In this document: piece after piece, positions 38,419 through 49,041 of the stretch
How positions within the stretch are numbered: position 1 is the first letter of the stretch
Layout: every line of letters starts with the position of its first letter
Origin: Azolla caroliniana
Lineage: Eukaryota > Plantae > Polypodiophyta
Length of the DNA: 64,000 nt
Direction: 5' to 3'
Assembly (NCBI GenBank): GCA_043228905.1
Contig: JBHGNT010000009.1
Location: 3,968,001 to 4,032,000, forward strand
The notes under the pieces: generated by a model
Databases searched by the model: none
Told to the model about the DNA's origin: nothing
Seen by the model: only the letters and a program-made list of their open reading frames with translations
Made by a program: the position numbers and the translations under genes

Positions 38419-39546
38419 ATGGAGTCGGTCAGCAAGCAAGAGTATATGCGTGTCCTTTCGGAGCTCGATATGCTCACCACTAAGTTTATGGCATTAGAGC
38501 AAGAAAATCAAAGGCTACTCGGGGATCTTCAACAAGTCAGTACTGAGAAAGCTCATCAATATGAGGAGTTATCACAACGGGTTCATCAACTTGAGGCTAC
38601 TATATTAACATTACGAGAACAAGCGGCGGGGGTTCAAAACTCCCCAAGGGAACCAAAGATTAGCCTCCCTGCCAAGTTTGATGGTACCAGATCTCTCTTT
38701 CGAGGTTTCCTGAATCAAGTTCGTTTGGTGATTCAGTTACATCCCAATCGGTATCCAACTGATGCTGCCCGTGTGGGATTAATAGGAACCTTGCTAAGCG
38801 GTACAGCGTTAGCATGGTTTGCACCACTTCTTGAGAAGAAATCACCATTACTGGAGGATTTCGAGGCATTCGTTAAGGAGTTTCAAGCTAGTTTTGGAGA
38901 TACGGATAGCACTAGGACTGCAATAAACAAGATTCGAAGACTCCGACAAGGAGATCGTCCCGCTTCAGCTTATGCCGCAGATTTCCGTTTCTTGGCATGC
39001 GACATCCCTTGGGATGAGGCAGCCTTAATGGATCAATTCCGTCAGGGTTTGCGTAACGATGTCAAAGATCTTCTTCTTACTTTCCATGAAGATCCAAAGT
39101 CTCTTACTGAAGCTATTAGCCGAGCTGTGCGATGTGATAATCGCCTATTTGAGCGACGTTCTGAACGTCAACAAATGTTACGCCGCCAACCGGAACAGAC
39201 ATACGCTTCTATAGTCGCCACACCGCCACAAGGTTCTAGACCCGTTACGAGGGATGGTCCCACTCCGATGGAAATAGAGTCGACACAACGTCGAGGGCCC
39301 TTATCAGATGCTGAGAAACAACGACGTCGGGCGCATCGCCTATGCCTCTACTGTGGTGGTCCAGGACATATAGCTGTGAATTGTCCACATAAACCCAGGC
39401 GTCAAGTTTACCAAGTAAGTGCACATGACAACCCTACATCAAGTTCTACTATCACTTCTAATAACTTAAGTACTAAGCCTACTAGCCCATGCCATGAGAA
39501 TAGATTTGATGTCTTGAGCCAATTAGAGGATGTGTTAAACGAATAA
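38419..39546 (+). CDS. gag: Retrotransposon Gag (coiled coil, capsid-like domain, CCHC zinc knuckle)
   Basis: 375-aa ORF with PAKFDG, LLSGTALAW, LRQGDRPASAY, PTPMEI and CLYCGGPGHIAVNC. Confidence 0.93.
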   Translation: MESVSKQEYMRVLSELDMLTTKFMALEQENQRLLGDLQQVSTEKAHQYEELSQRVHQLEATILTLREQAAGVQNSPREPKISLPAKFDGTRSLFRGFLNQVRLVIQLHPNRYPTDAARVGLIGTLLSGTALAWFAPLLEKKSPLLEDFEAFVKEFQASFGDTDSTRTAINKIRRLRQGDRPASAYAADFRFLACDIPWDEAALMDQFRQGLRNDVKDLLLTFHEDPKSLTEAISRAVRCDNRLFERRSERQQMLRRQPEQTYASIVATPPQGSRPVTRDGPTPMEIESTQRRGPLSDAEKQRRRAHRLCLYCGGPGHIAVNCPHKPRRQVYQVSAHDNPTSSSTITSNNLSTKPTSPCHENRFDVLSQLEDVLNE

Positions 39547-42500
39547 GTCCGGCCAAAATAGGAGCCATTTGGTTGGACCATCCTAGTTATGTAGAGTCAG
39601 TACCTAGTTGTGGTTCCATTTCATCAAATCAAGTTAGTAGAGTTTTTTCTGCACAAGTCGAGCTTAGCACATCTACAGGTCATCGCGCCCTAGCCTCTGC
39701 CCTCCTAGATTCCGGAGCCAATTCTTGTTTCATGGATCGCGAGTTTGCATTGACTCAAAACATCATCTTGAAAAAACTCCCAAACCCAGTAGCTGTAGGA
39801 GTCATCGATGGTCGCCCTATAGCATCAGGAGATATAGTCGAAGAGTCTGAACCAATTCGTGTAGTCCTAGGTAATTTGGCTAGTGTCATCTCATTTAACA
39901 TCATTAGTAGTCCGGAGCACTCTCTAGTTCTTGGTCTTCCTTGGTTTGAGTTACATAACCCAACCATTGATTGGAGAAAAAGAACTATTGAAGAGGTCAC
40001 CGTACAATCCAAGTCTCTTGAAGCTCCAACTAAGGATCTAGGATCCCCCACAATTTCAACAATCTCTATACATCAATTACGAGAGGATGGAAGAAAGGAA
40101 GACATGATGGTATTTGCGGTTTTAGCAACTCCCTCATCTAGCTCACAAGAATTGGGGGTCCAACTACCAAAGAAGTACATAGAATTCTCCGATGTGTTCG
40201 ATAAGGTGAAGGCTAATAGACTACCAGAGCATCGACCATATGATTGCCCAATTGATTTGCAGCCAGGAAAAGAGCCTCCATGGGGACCAATTTATAAGCT
40301 TTCGCCCACGGAGTTAGAGGTTCTTCGAGAATATATCAATGAGAACTTGGCAAATGGTTTTATCCAACATTCAAAATCTCCTGCTGGTGCACCCATCTTT
40401 TTCGTTAAGAAGAAAGATGGTACGCTTCGTATGGTCGTGGATTATCGAGGCTTGAATAAAGTGACCGTTAGAAACCGATATGCTCTCCCATTGATCTCAA
40501 GCCTTCTAGAACGCCTCAGTGAAGCAAAGTATTTCACGAAGTTAGATCTTCGAGGTGCCTACAACCTTGTTCGAATTCGTCCTGGGGATGAATGGAAGAC
40601 GGCGTTCCGCACTCGCTATGGTCATTTTGAGTACACAGTGATGCCTTTTGGCCTCACGAATGCACCAGCAGTCTTCCAACATATGGCGAATGATATTTTT
40701 CGAGACTTCCTCGATATCTTCATCATTGTTTACCTGGATGATATCTTGATCTACTCAAAAACTCAAGAAGAACATGATATACATGTTCGCCAAGTTTTGC
40801 AACGGCTACGAGAGTATGGTCTCTATGCAAAATTGGAGAAGTGTAGTTTCGACCAACGTCAAGTGGAGTTTTTGGGGTACATAGTCTCTTCAAATGGCAT
40901 CTCTATGGATCCATCAAAGGTTCAAACAATTTTGGATTGGCAAACACCACAGTCCGTGCGAGATGTGCAATGTTTTTTGGGGTTCGCAAACTTTTATCGC
41001 AAGTTCATCAAAGACTATTCAAAAATTGTGTTGCCCCTCACTCAACTGACGCACAAGAATCGATCATTTGTATGGAGTATAGATACGAACTCTGCATTTG
41101 AGGGTTTAAAGCAAGCATTTACATCCGCACCAATCTTAATCCATGTCGATCCAATGAGGCGCTTTATACTTGAAGCTGATGCATCGGATTTCGCACTCGG
41201 AAGTGTACTATCCCAAATTGGTGATGATGGTGAACTGCACCCGGTGGCTTTTCACTCACGAAAATTTGAAGCCGCAGAAATCAACTATGAGATTCACGAC
41301 AAAGAGCTTCTTGCCATTGTGGATTCTTTTCAACAATGGCGTCATTTTCTGGAGGGTTCTTCTCAGCAGATTATTGTCTACAATGATCATAAAAATCTAA
41401 CATACTTTCAAAGTGCTCGAGTCTTGAATCGACGACAAGCTCGTTGGGCGCAGTTCTTAACTCGTTTCGATTTTGTAATTCTATATCGCCCTGGGATGCA
41501 ACAAGGAAAAGCAGATGCTTTATCTAGACGTTCGTATATGGAACTTCAACCTGGAGAGGCCGCATTTGAAAGCCAAAAGCAAATCCTCTTAGGTCCTGAT
41601 CGTCTACGAATAATGGCAATGCATACCATCAACACACCGGGAGATTCAAGGCTTCTTGATTCCATTCGTGAGCAGATTGCGACTGATGCGTTCGCCCAAG
41701 AGGTTTTGAGCCATATTATCCCAAATCGTGCATCTAGCTCCCAAACTCAAAATCCTCGTCTAGACTACACCCAGTTTAGTTGGCATGATGGGTTACTTTT
41801 TCGACAAACTCTCTTGTATGTGCCTGACGGTCCTTCTCGACTCAAAGTCATGCAACAATGTCATGACACACCAATTGCGGGACACTTCGGCATCCACAAG
41901 ACTTTTGAGTTGATTTCTCGCCGATATTGGTGGCCACGGCTTCGCCATTTTGTTACGGATTATGTTCGTAGCTGTGATACATGTTGCCGATCAAAAAAGC
42001 CTCGACATCATCCATATGGCTTATTACAGCCAATGCCTATTCCGGAGAGCCCATGGAAATCTATTTCCTTGGACTTTATTACGGATCTTCCACCTTCCAA
42101 GGGATTTGATTCGATTCTCACTGTTGTCGATCGTTTTACGAAGATGGCACATTTCCTTCCATGCACAAAGACCATTACTAGTCAAGAGACAGCTGATTTA
42201 CTCATGCGGGAGGTGTTTCGCCATCATGGTCTTCCGGATGATATTATCAGTGATCGGGGTCCCCAATTCATCTCGAAATTTTGGCGGCACATGTTCAGAC
42301 TCTTACATACTTCTTGTAAACTCTCTTCCGGCTACCATCCAGAGACTAATGGGCAGAGTGAGCGCACCAACCAAACAGTCGAGCAATATCTACGTTGTTT
42401 TGTCAACTATCAACAAGATGATTGGGTGGATTTACTACCTTTGGCAGAATTTGCTTATAACAACTCCGAGCATTCTTCTACTGGATATTCCCCATTTTTT

Positions 42501-43178
42501 GCAAACATTGGGTACCATCCTCGTTGGACGATGCTTGAACATCCTGAACTCCCAAAAAACCCAGCTGCTGAAGATCGGCTCACTCGACTCCAAGAAGTTC
42601 AGGATATGCTTTTGCATCATTTATGTGAAGCCCAAAACACTCAAAAGAAGATTGCTGACCGTCATCGGCGTGATTCATCGACTACATTTCAAGTAGGCGA
42701 TCGTGTATGGCTCTTACAAGGTAGCATTAAAACGACCCGACCTTGCTACAAATTGGATTATCAACGTTTTGGCCCATATGTCATAAGTGGTAAGATCAAT
42801 GATGTGACATTTCGTCTTGATCTTCCTCCTCATATGCGTCTTCACCCGGTCTTCCATGTTTCACTTTTGGAGCCTTACACAACGAGCTCTATTCCGGGTC
42901 GTGTTACACCTCCCCCACCTCCAATTGACGTTTCCAATGGCTCTGAATATGAGGTTGCCGCTATCCTCGACTCCAAGATCATTCGCAACAAACTATACTA
43001 CTTGGTTGATTGGTTAGGCTATACACCTAATGATCGAACATGGGAGCCTGCCGAACATCTTGCCAATGCCTCCGACATGGTTGTTGCATTTCACAACCAA
43101 TATCCTCATAAACCAAGTCTGAACTCTTTTCTTCCGACTCGTGCAACTCGTCATCGAAAAGGGGGGATAATGTCATGA
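39534..43178 (+). CDS. pol: Retrotransposon Pol (protease-RT-RNase H-integrase-chromodomain), -1 frame relative to gag
   Basis: LLDSGA (PR); YLDDILIYS (RT); LEADASD and ELLAIV (RH); HHCC, DFITD, SDRG and ETNGQSER (IN); GPY; chromodomain EYEVAAILD..YYLVDWLGY..RTWEP. The frame is open from 39510 and the stop lies inside the 3' LTR. Confidence 0.95.
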   Translation, partial: VKRISPAKIGAIWLDHPSYVESVPSCGSISSNQVSRVFSAQVELSTSTGHRALASALLDSGANSCFMDREFALTQNIILKKLPNPVAVGVIDGRPIASGDIVEESEPIRVVLGNLASVISFNIISSPEHSLVLGLPWFELHNPTIDWRKRTIEEVTVQSKSLEAPTKDLGSPTISTISIHQLREDGRKEDMMVFAVLATPSSSSQELGVQLPKKYIEFSDVFDKVKANRLPEHRPYDCPIDLQPGKEPPWGPIYKLSPTELEVLREYINENLANGFIQHSKSPAGAPIFFVKKKDGTLRMVVDYRGLNKVTVRNRYALPLISSLLERLSEAKYFTKLDLRGAYNLVRIRPGDEWKTAFRTRYGHFEYTVMPFGLTNAPAVFQHMANDIFRDFLDIFIIVYLDDILIYSKTQEEHDIHVRQVLQRLREYGLYAKLEKCSFDQRQVEFLGYIVSSNGISMDPSKVQTILDWQTPQSVRDVQCFLGFANFYRKFIKDYSKIVLPLTQLTHKNRSFVWSIDTNSAFEGLKQAFTSAPILIHVDPMRRFILEADASDFALGSVLSQIGDDGELHPVAFHSRKFEAAEINYEIHDKELLAIVDSFQQWRHFLEGSSQQIIVYNDHKNLTYFQSARVLNRRQARWAQFLTRFDFVILYRPGMQQGKADALSRRSYMELQPGEAAFESQKQILLGPDRLRIMAMHTINTPGDSRLLDSIREQIATDAFAQEVLSHIIPNRASSSQTQNPRLDYTQFSWHDGLLFRQTLLYVPDGPSRLKVMQQCHDTPIAGHFGIHKTFELISRRYWWPRLRHFVTDYVRSCDTCCRSKKPRHHPYGLLQPMPIPESPWKSISLDFITDLPPSKGFDSILTVVDRFTKMAHFLPCTKTITSQETADLLMREVFRHHGLPDDIISDRGPQFISKFWRHMFRLLHTSCKLSSGYHPETNGQSERTNQTVEQYLRCFVNYQQDDWVDLLPLAEFAYNNSEHSSTGYSPFFANIGYHPRWTMLEHPELPKNPAAEDRLTRLQEVQDMLLHHLCEAQNTQKKIADRHRRDSSTTFQVGDRVWLLQGSIKTTRPCYKLDYQRFGPYVISGKINDVTFRLDLPPHMRLHPVFHVSLLEPYTTSSIPGRVTPPPPPIDVSNGSEYEVAAILDSKIIRNKLYYLVDWLGYTPNDRTWEPAEHLANASDMVVAFHNQYPHKPSLNSFLPTRATRHRKGGIMS

Positions 43179-43719
43179 AGACATACATCTTGGCTTATCA
43201 TGACATTCATCTTGGCGAACCAGGAATCGAACCCATAACCTCTTGGTTTACATATTGTACTTTAACCATTGTAATAACATATGTGAGATGTAATCATAAT
43301 AATTATATGTTTAGTTATTACGAGATATTTAGAACATTCTAGATTATTCTAGAATGTTCTTGAATATTTCATGATTATATTTATTATTATTATTATTCAT
43401 AAATATCTAAAATATTCTAGAACATTCTAGAATACTCCATAAGGGCCTATAAATAAGAGTCCATACACTAATCACAACTCATTCGGTTCAACACCAGTCT
43501 TTAGCCCTTAGCCTACTCCTTGTAATCTTCTTTCTCATAATATAATCGCATTCCCATTTCTTATCTCTCACTTATACTTTTCTCTCTCTCGCACTCTCTC
43601 CCTCTTTCACTCTCTTTCTATCACTATCGCTATTTCTACCGCTCTCGCCATCTCTATCGTTATCGTTATCTCTATCGCCATCGCTCTCTCTCTCTGCTTC
43701 CTACTCAAGAGTCACGACA
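43171..43719 (+). repeat. 3' LTR of the chromovirus
   Basis: Direct repeat of 37785-38333, preceded by the PPT and followed by the TSD CTGCA. Confidence 0.97.
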
Positions 43720-46622
43720 CTGCAATCGACATAGCTTGAAAGGAAAACTTTCGTAAAGAATAGGAAAAGAAAAATGGATAGAGGAATGGCTAGCTCGCTC
43801 CCGGTGGAGAAGCTCGACAGAACCAACTACGCATCTTGGTCTTACAAGATGCACCAGTATCTCCTTGGGCATGGGTACTGGAGCTATGTCGACGGAGCTA
43901 ACGACACAACACCTGATGTAGCACACAAGGACTTCCTAGTGTGGGAACAATCGGCAAGCAGAGTGATGTACTACTTTGCGTCCAGTGTTGGAGACCAGCT
44001 GCTGAGCCACGTCCGAGATGACGGGACGCCGAAAGAGGCTTGGGGAAACCTAAAGAAGGTGTTTGCCGCAAGCACCACAACCCGAAAGCTGCAACTCCGA
44101 CATGAATTGAGCAATGTCCGACAGAAGGACATGTCGGTGGCTGATTACATGGCCCGAATCAAAGAAATCTGTGACTTGCTTGCCTCTATCAACGTCACGG
44201 TAGAGGAAGACAAGATGGTACAGGTCTGTCTTGGGGGCCTGGCGTCTAAGTTCCGAGCTTTCCAGACAGCAGTATGTACGAGGGAGAATACGCCGCCATT
44301 TTTTGACTTACAGTCGATGCTCCTTGTAGAGGAGAACCACGCCGATGCATCAACAAGTGCACCCACTGATAGCCGGATGTTGTACACGGAGAGGGATCGG
44401 CCCCATGGGTGTGGTGGACGAGGTGGGTCGACACACAATGGAGGCGGCCGGCAAGGGCAAGACCAATGGAACTGGCAAAGCTCGCACTATGCACAAGGAT
44501 CGAGAGGATTCGGAACCGGGAAGACCGGAAAGGGGCCGGCCTTGATGATGAAGCATGAGGCAAACTCGATGAAGAAGACCACTTCCAAATCGGAGGAAGT
44601 GTGGTGCGTTGATTCCAGTGCGTCAAATCACATGACGAGCCACAAAGAGTGGTTCTCCTTCTTGGAGAAACCGGAACAACCGGGAGTTGTCGAAATCGGA
44701 GATGACACTCCTCACCCAATCGTGCATGTCGGAGAAGTTCCCCTGAGCCATGTCGGACAGAGGGGGAAGCTAATGAACGTATTACACGTTCCGACTATCA
44801 CGAAGAACCTGGTATCGGTCAGATAGATCGTCGACCAGGGAATGCAGGTGCGGTTTATGCACCTCGGGTGCTTCATCGAGGAGGAGGGCCAGATTATCGT
44901 GCAAGGGTGCAGAGATGGGAGGATGTTCATCCTCGACACCAATGACGTCAACACCGCCTTGTTCGCCAAAGGACAGAAGGTCGAATCAGACATCGACCTA
45001 TGGCACAAGCGGATCGGCCACGTCAATTACTGGCTGCTTCAAGACTTGCAAACGAAACAAGTTGTTTTCGATTTGCGGAAGTTTAGTGGCCGGAAGGCCC
45101 AAGTATGTGAAGCCTGCCAACTCGGGAAGCAACACTGGCTTCCATTCCCCGCTGAACAAAACCGTAGCCGTAACAAGCTTGACCTTATTCATTCAGGTGT
45201 ATGGGGATCGGCACAGAATGTGAGTCTTGGCAGGAGTCGATACTTCGTGTCCTTCATCGACGACTATAGCCGGCACACATGGATCTACCTCATTGAGTGG
45301 AAGCGCGAAGTCTTCGATTGTTTCCGGAACCTCTAGAGTATGGTGGAACAGGAATGGGAGAGGAAGATCAAGTGCCTGCGGTCAGATGGCGGAAAAGAAT
45401 ATTTTTCCGGCCAATTCAACAATTATGTGCAGCAAACAGGAATTCAGAGAGAGTTCAGCTGCAGATACACACCGAAGCAAAACGGTGTGGCTGAAAGGAA
45501 GAACCGGTCGCTTGTCGACGCGGCAAGGGCAATGCTGGAAGAGAAGAGCATGCCCCATTTCTACTGGGCGGAGGTGGTCCGGACGACCGTCTACATAAAA
45601 AACCAGATCGGTGACAAGGTGTCCGCGCATGAGCTGTATTTCGGGCGCAAGCCAAATTTGAGATACCTTCAGATTTTCGGCAGCATAGCATATGTGCACG
45701 TGTCGGATGAGAAGCAGAGGAAGCTGGATGCAAAATCGGAGAAGTGCATCCTCGTCGGCTACTCACATGAGCAAAAGGGGTATAAGTGTTATAACCCTAG
45801 GACAAAGCAGGTCTGAGTTAGCCGTGATGTTGAGTTTGATGAGATGGCATCATGGTATGCCTTACCAGCTCCGACTTTTGACCCTGACCCGATACCGGAG
45901 GATGAGGCTAGTGAGCCTGAACCGGTCCAATTAGAAGATGATGAATCTGGCTCTCAAGAAGAGAGTCCGGAATCGTTTTGGTTGAGTGGGCTGAACAAGA
46001 GACTGGGTCAATTCGACTAGTCAGAAGAAGAACCGGCGAGTAGTGAAGAATCTGTCGTGCTCTCCCTGCGCAAGGAATCGAGGAGACGGTTCACGCGCAA
46101 AGAGAAGGGGAAGAAGAAGATGCTGGATTATGGAACCGGTATTGATGAGTCGGATCGGATCGGATCCGACTCCGGAAAGGAAAATGACGGTTCTTCGGCA
46201 CCGAAGACCGAACCGACCAAGAAGGCCCTCAGACCGGGTAACGGTGGCTTATGCCGGTCAACCCACCAAAAGGAACTTGTTAAACGGTACGGGTACAATG
46301 AGAACATGGCGCATCACTATGCGTACATGACCAAGGTGGCGGAAGTGCGCGAGCCGGAGAGCTACACAGAAGTGGCAAAGGACGCACATTGGCCTGCCGC
46401 TATGAAAGAAGAGATGCGGGCACTTAATGCCAACAATACATGGGACCTGGTTGACCCTCCCCGTCACAGTAAATCAATCGGATGCAAGTGGATGTACAAG
46501 GTAAAGTACAACACCGACGGTTTAGTTAACCGGTACAAGGCCCGGTTAGTGGCGAAGGGATACACAGACTCACGGAATCGACTATGACGAGACCTTCGCT
46601 CCAGTAGCGAAGATGACGACGG

Positions 46623-47892
46623 TGTCGTGAAGAAAACCAGCCAGAAGCGGAAACGACGAAGCAGGGTGCATGAACCGGCCCTACACTTTTCCACACCAAT
46701 TAATATCTTGTACATAACTAGGAGTAGGACGTAGGGTGTAAATAGACTAGATGTGACACATCAAATGTCTAGGAAATCAAAGAGTATCTCTGTCCGAAAG
46801 GACAGAGAAGGAGTTAATGAAAACGAGGGTGCAATGGCCTGCCTCGACGGCCTATAAAAGGGAAGGAAGTAGGCGGATGAAGGGATCGCATTTTGGGAGC
46901 GAAGACGAAGTGTTGTCGGACTGGGACCGAGCTCCCTCCTCCATCGTTTGCTGGATTTCAGACTAAGTTGCCTCTGCTTCGTGGACAACCCATGTGATTT
47001 CGGCAGAGGCTCCACAGTGCATCTTCACGGCTGTGTGCGTGCGTGAGCATTGTGTGTGTGTGTGTTCGCCTGAGTTGGGTCCGTTGCCGGCTTGCCGGTA
47101 TTAATCGTTACTGATTTGTAATTAAGACTTTGCTCTCTCTCTCTCTCTCTCTTAGTCCCTATGTGTTTCTGCAAGCTGCTCTCTCTCTCTCTCTCTTCTT
47201 TCTCACGCTCCTTGGTTCAAGGTCCCCGCGGTTCCGCTTCTTTCCACACGCGAAGAGCGTAACAACTCGACATATTTGGTGAACCCGACATGAAACAAGC
47301 AGCAAAGGAGTGAAGGATGAGGGGATCCGAGCTTGCTGAAGCTATGGCCGTAGCCGTCGATCGGCTAGTGAGCGCTCGCGAGGGAACGGGTGCCCTCGAC
47401 AGGGCCATTGAGTCGATCGTCGGCACCATAGGTCGATTCGGTGGGAAGAATGCCACGAGCTACTTGGAGGCCAACCGGGCCGAAATGATCATGAGGGATA
47501 TCTCGGTGGACATGCGGCTGTTCGGATTCCCTTGGGTGGTGACGCCGAGCATCCACGCAGAGGTTCTCAAGGCGATGGCCAGATGCCAAACTTGGGAGGA
47601 GTTCGAACTGCGGCTCCTCGAGATGTATGGGTTCGATGACTCGCTTCGACTATCGAAGCGAGACTTCATGGCATCGGTTGAGAGCCCTGGAAAGGGGAGG
47701 AACGCGTCGGCGCTCCTCTAGGAGTTCAAGAAACGGTTCGCACGGTTGTCAACGCTGGACCAGATCGTGCTCAACACAAGCCGGGTACTACTATTCGTCA
47801 AGTCGGTGGACGCCATGGACCGGGAGAAGGTGGGTCTCTTGTTGGAAACGGATGAAGGGCTCACGACAGACTAGGCCATTGTAAGGAGGGTC
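46623..47892 (+). mobile_element. Truncated Ty3/gypsy-type element: 5' LTR, tRNA-Trp PBS and partial gag
   Basis: LTR 46623-47272 (TGTCGTGAAGA..CTCGACA) interrupts the copia B RT at ETFAPVAKMTT|V. PBS TGGTGAACCCGACATGA at 47277-47293. A gag-like ORF from 47317 (RFGGKNATSYLE..TWEEFE) is cut at 47892. Confidence 0.78.
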
Positions 47893-48978
47893 TTGGTTAC
47901 TTCATGGCAAGAAGCACTCTTGTTATGTGTATGGAAACAATCATCTAGTAGAGAGCATTGTAATTCTTTGCAAAAAAAGTTACTTGTGTCTTCTCGGTTA
48001 TTATGTTGGCAAGGATAGGAGAGATTGCGCTCTCAATTTAATTGTTTGTTTCATTTGGGGGTCAAAGAGGTGGGAGATATAGTTGAGACTCCATCTCAAA
48101 GAATTTTGGAGTTTGTTGAAGCGCGACAATTATTATGCATCCCGCCTAATTATGGGTTTATTTGACAACAACTACAGAAATGTTGTATTGATGCAAGGTC
48201 CCTTACCTCTACAAACAGGAGAACAATAGTGGATTCATTGGTGTTTACGGGGTCAAACGTCATTGTTACAAATGATTACTAATCTTTTGTTACAGAGTCT
48301 CTTGGATGGCTATCATCTAAGGCTGAAGAAGAATGGAAAATACACAAATCTAATCATGTGTGATGGCAGATCTTACAACATAGTTGGCATTCTAAATTGC
48401 CACTTGTAGCAAAGGTCTTCATTTGGAGAGTTTTGATTGGAGGATTGCCTTTGGGATTAGCTCTAAAGCGTCGTGGACTAGGAACAAGTAATTTCTTTTT
48501 TTGCATTGTTCAAATGGAAGATAGTACTCATCGTTTTATAAAATGTTTGATTGCTTGTCAGATTTGGAGTTACATTTCACAAATTTGGCAAGTCTTATCA
48601 TGGTGTTATTTGACACGTAGACTGTGGGTGTTTGCACAATTTACACAGGTTGACCCAAAATCAGAGATGGATATCGTTTTTTTATTTCAGAGATATTGGG
48701 GATTACGTCATAATTGGAACATGTGCAATACTTTTGTATTTGATGGTAGACATGGAGTGAAATTATATCTACGAAAGTTGAAGGGAGTACTAATGTGGAA
48801 ATTTTCCTTATTGGAGCAAGTGGAAATTCTTTCCTTAGTGGAGTGTTCGTCTTGCCTATTGGCAATTCAACATGTTCCACTATCCATGTAGTGTAGTTAG
48901 TGGATGACCATACTCCATTGCCACACCCATTGTAAGTAGTGTTTTTACACACATTTATTAATATAATTGTGTGTTTTC

Positions 48979-48981
<3 letters not shown>
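47892..48981 (+). mobile_element. L1-like LINE 3' segment (inverted duplicate of 54751-54983 plus 59796-60655)
   Basis: zf-RVT region KVFIWRVL..GLP..CIVQMEDSTHRFIKC. It ends in (GA)n and carries the empty GACAT site at 48749-48753. Confidence 0.88.

Positions 48982-49037
<56 letters not shown>

Positions 49038-49041
<4 letters not shown>

Larger units (their letters stand above)
37785..43719 (+). mobile_element. Intact Ty3/gypsy chromovirus (Tcn1/Tf1-sushi-like) LTR retrotransposon
   Basis: 549-bp LTRs at 37785-38333 and 43171-43719 (TG..CA; 2 differences seen by eye). TSD CTGCA at 37780-37784 and 43720-43724. PPT AAAAGGGGGGATAA at 43157-43170. gag and pol are uninterrupted. Confidence 0.97.
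37351..46622 (+). mobile_element. Ty1/copia element B (different family), nested in the copia A RT and itself host of two gypsy insertions
   Basis: 5' LTR 37351-37750 (TGTTGAG..TTTTACA); PBS TGGTATCAGAGC 37751-37762; gag-PR-IN-RT at 43773-46622 (EKLDRTNYASW, WCVDSSASNHMT, LWHKRIGH, FVSFIDDYSR, LRSDGGKEY, PKQNGVAERKNR, KARLVAKG) with stops. The left TSD is AGTTG at 37346-37350. Confidence 0.9.

Noticed and set aside
39558-39585. H-type pseudoknot (loop TAGGA pairing with TCCTA at 39581)
   Set aside because: Only 2 nt link the 11-bp stem to the second helix, which is too short to span it. It is kept as a simple hairpin unless probing shows otherwise.
38419-43178. Domesticated PEG10/RTL1-like host gene
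   Set aside because: Near-identical LTRs, PPT, TSD and a complete pol show it is a recent mobile element.
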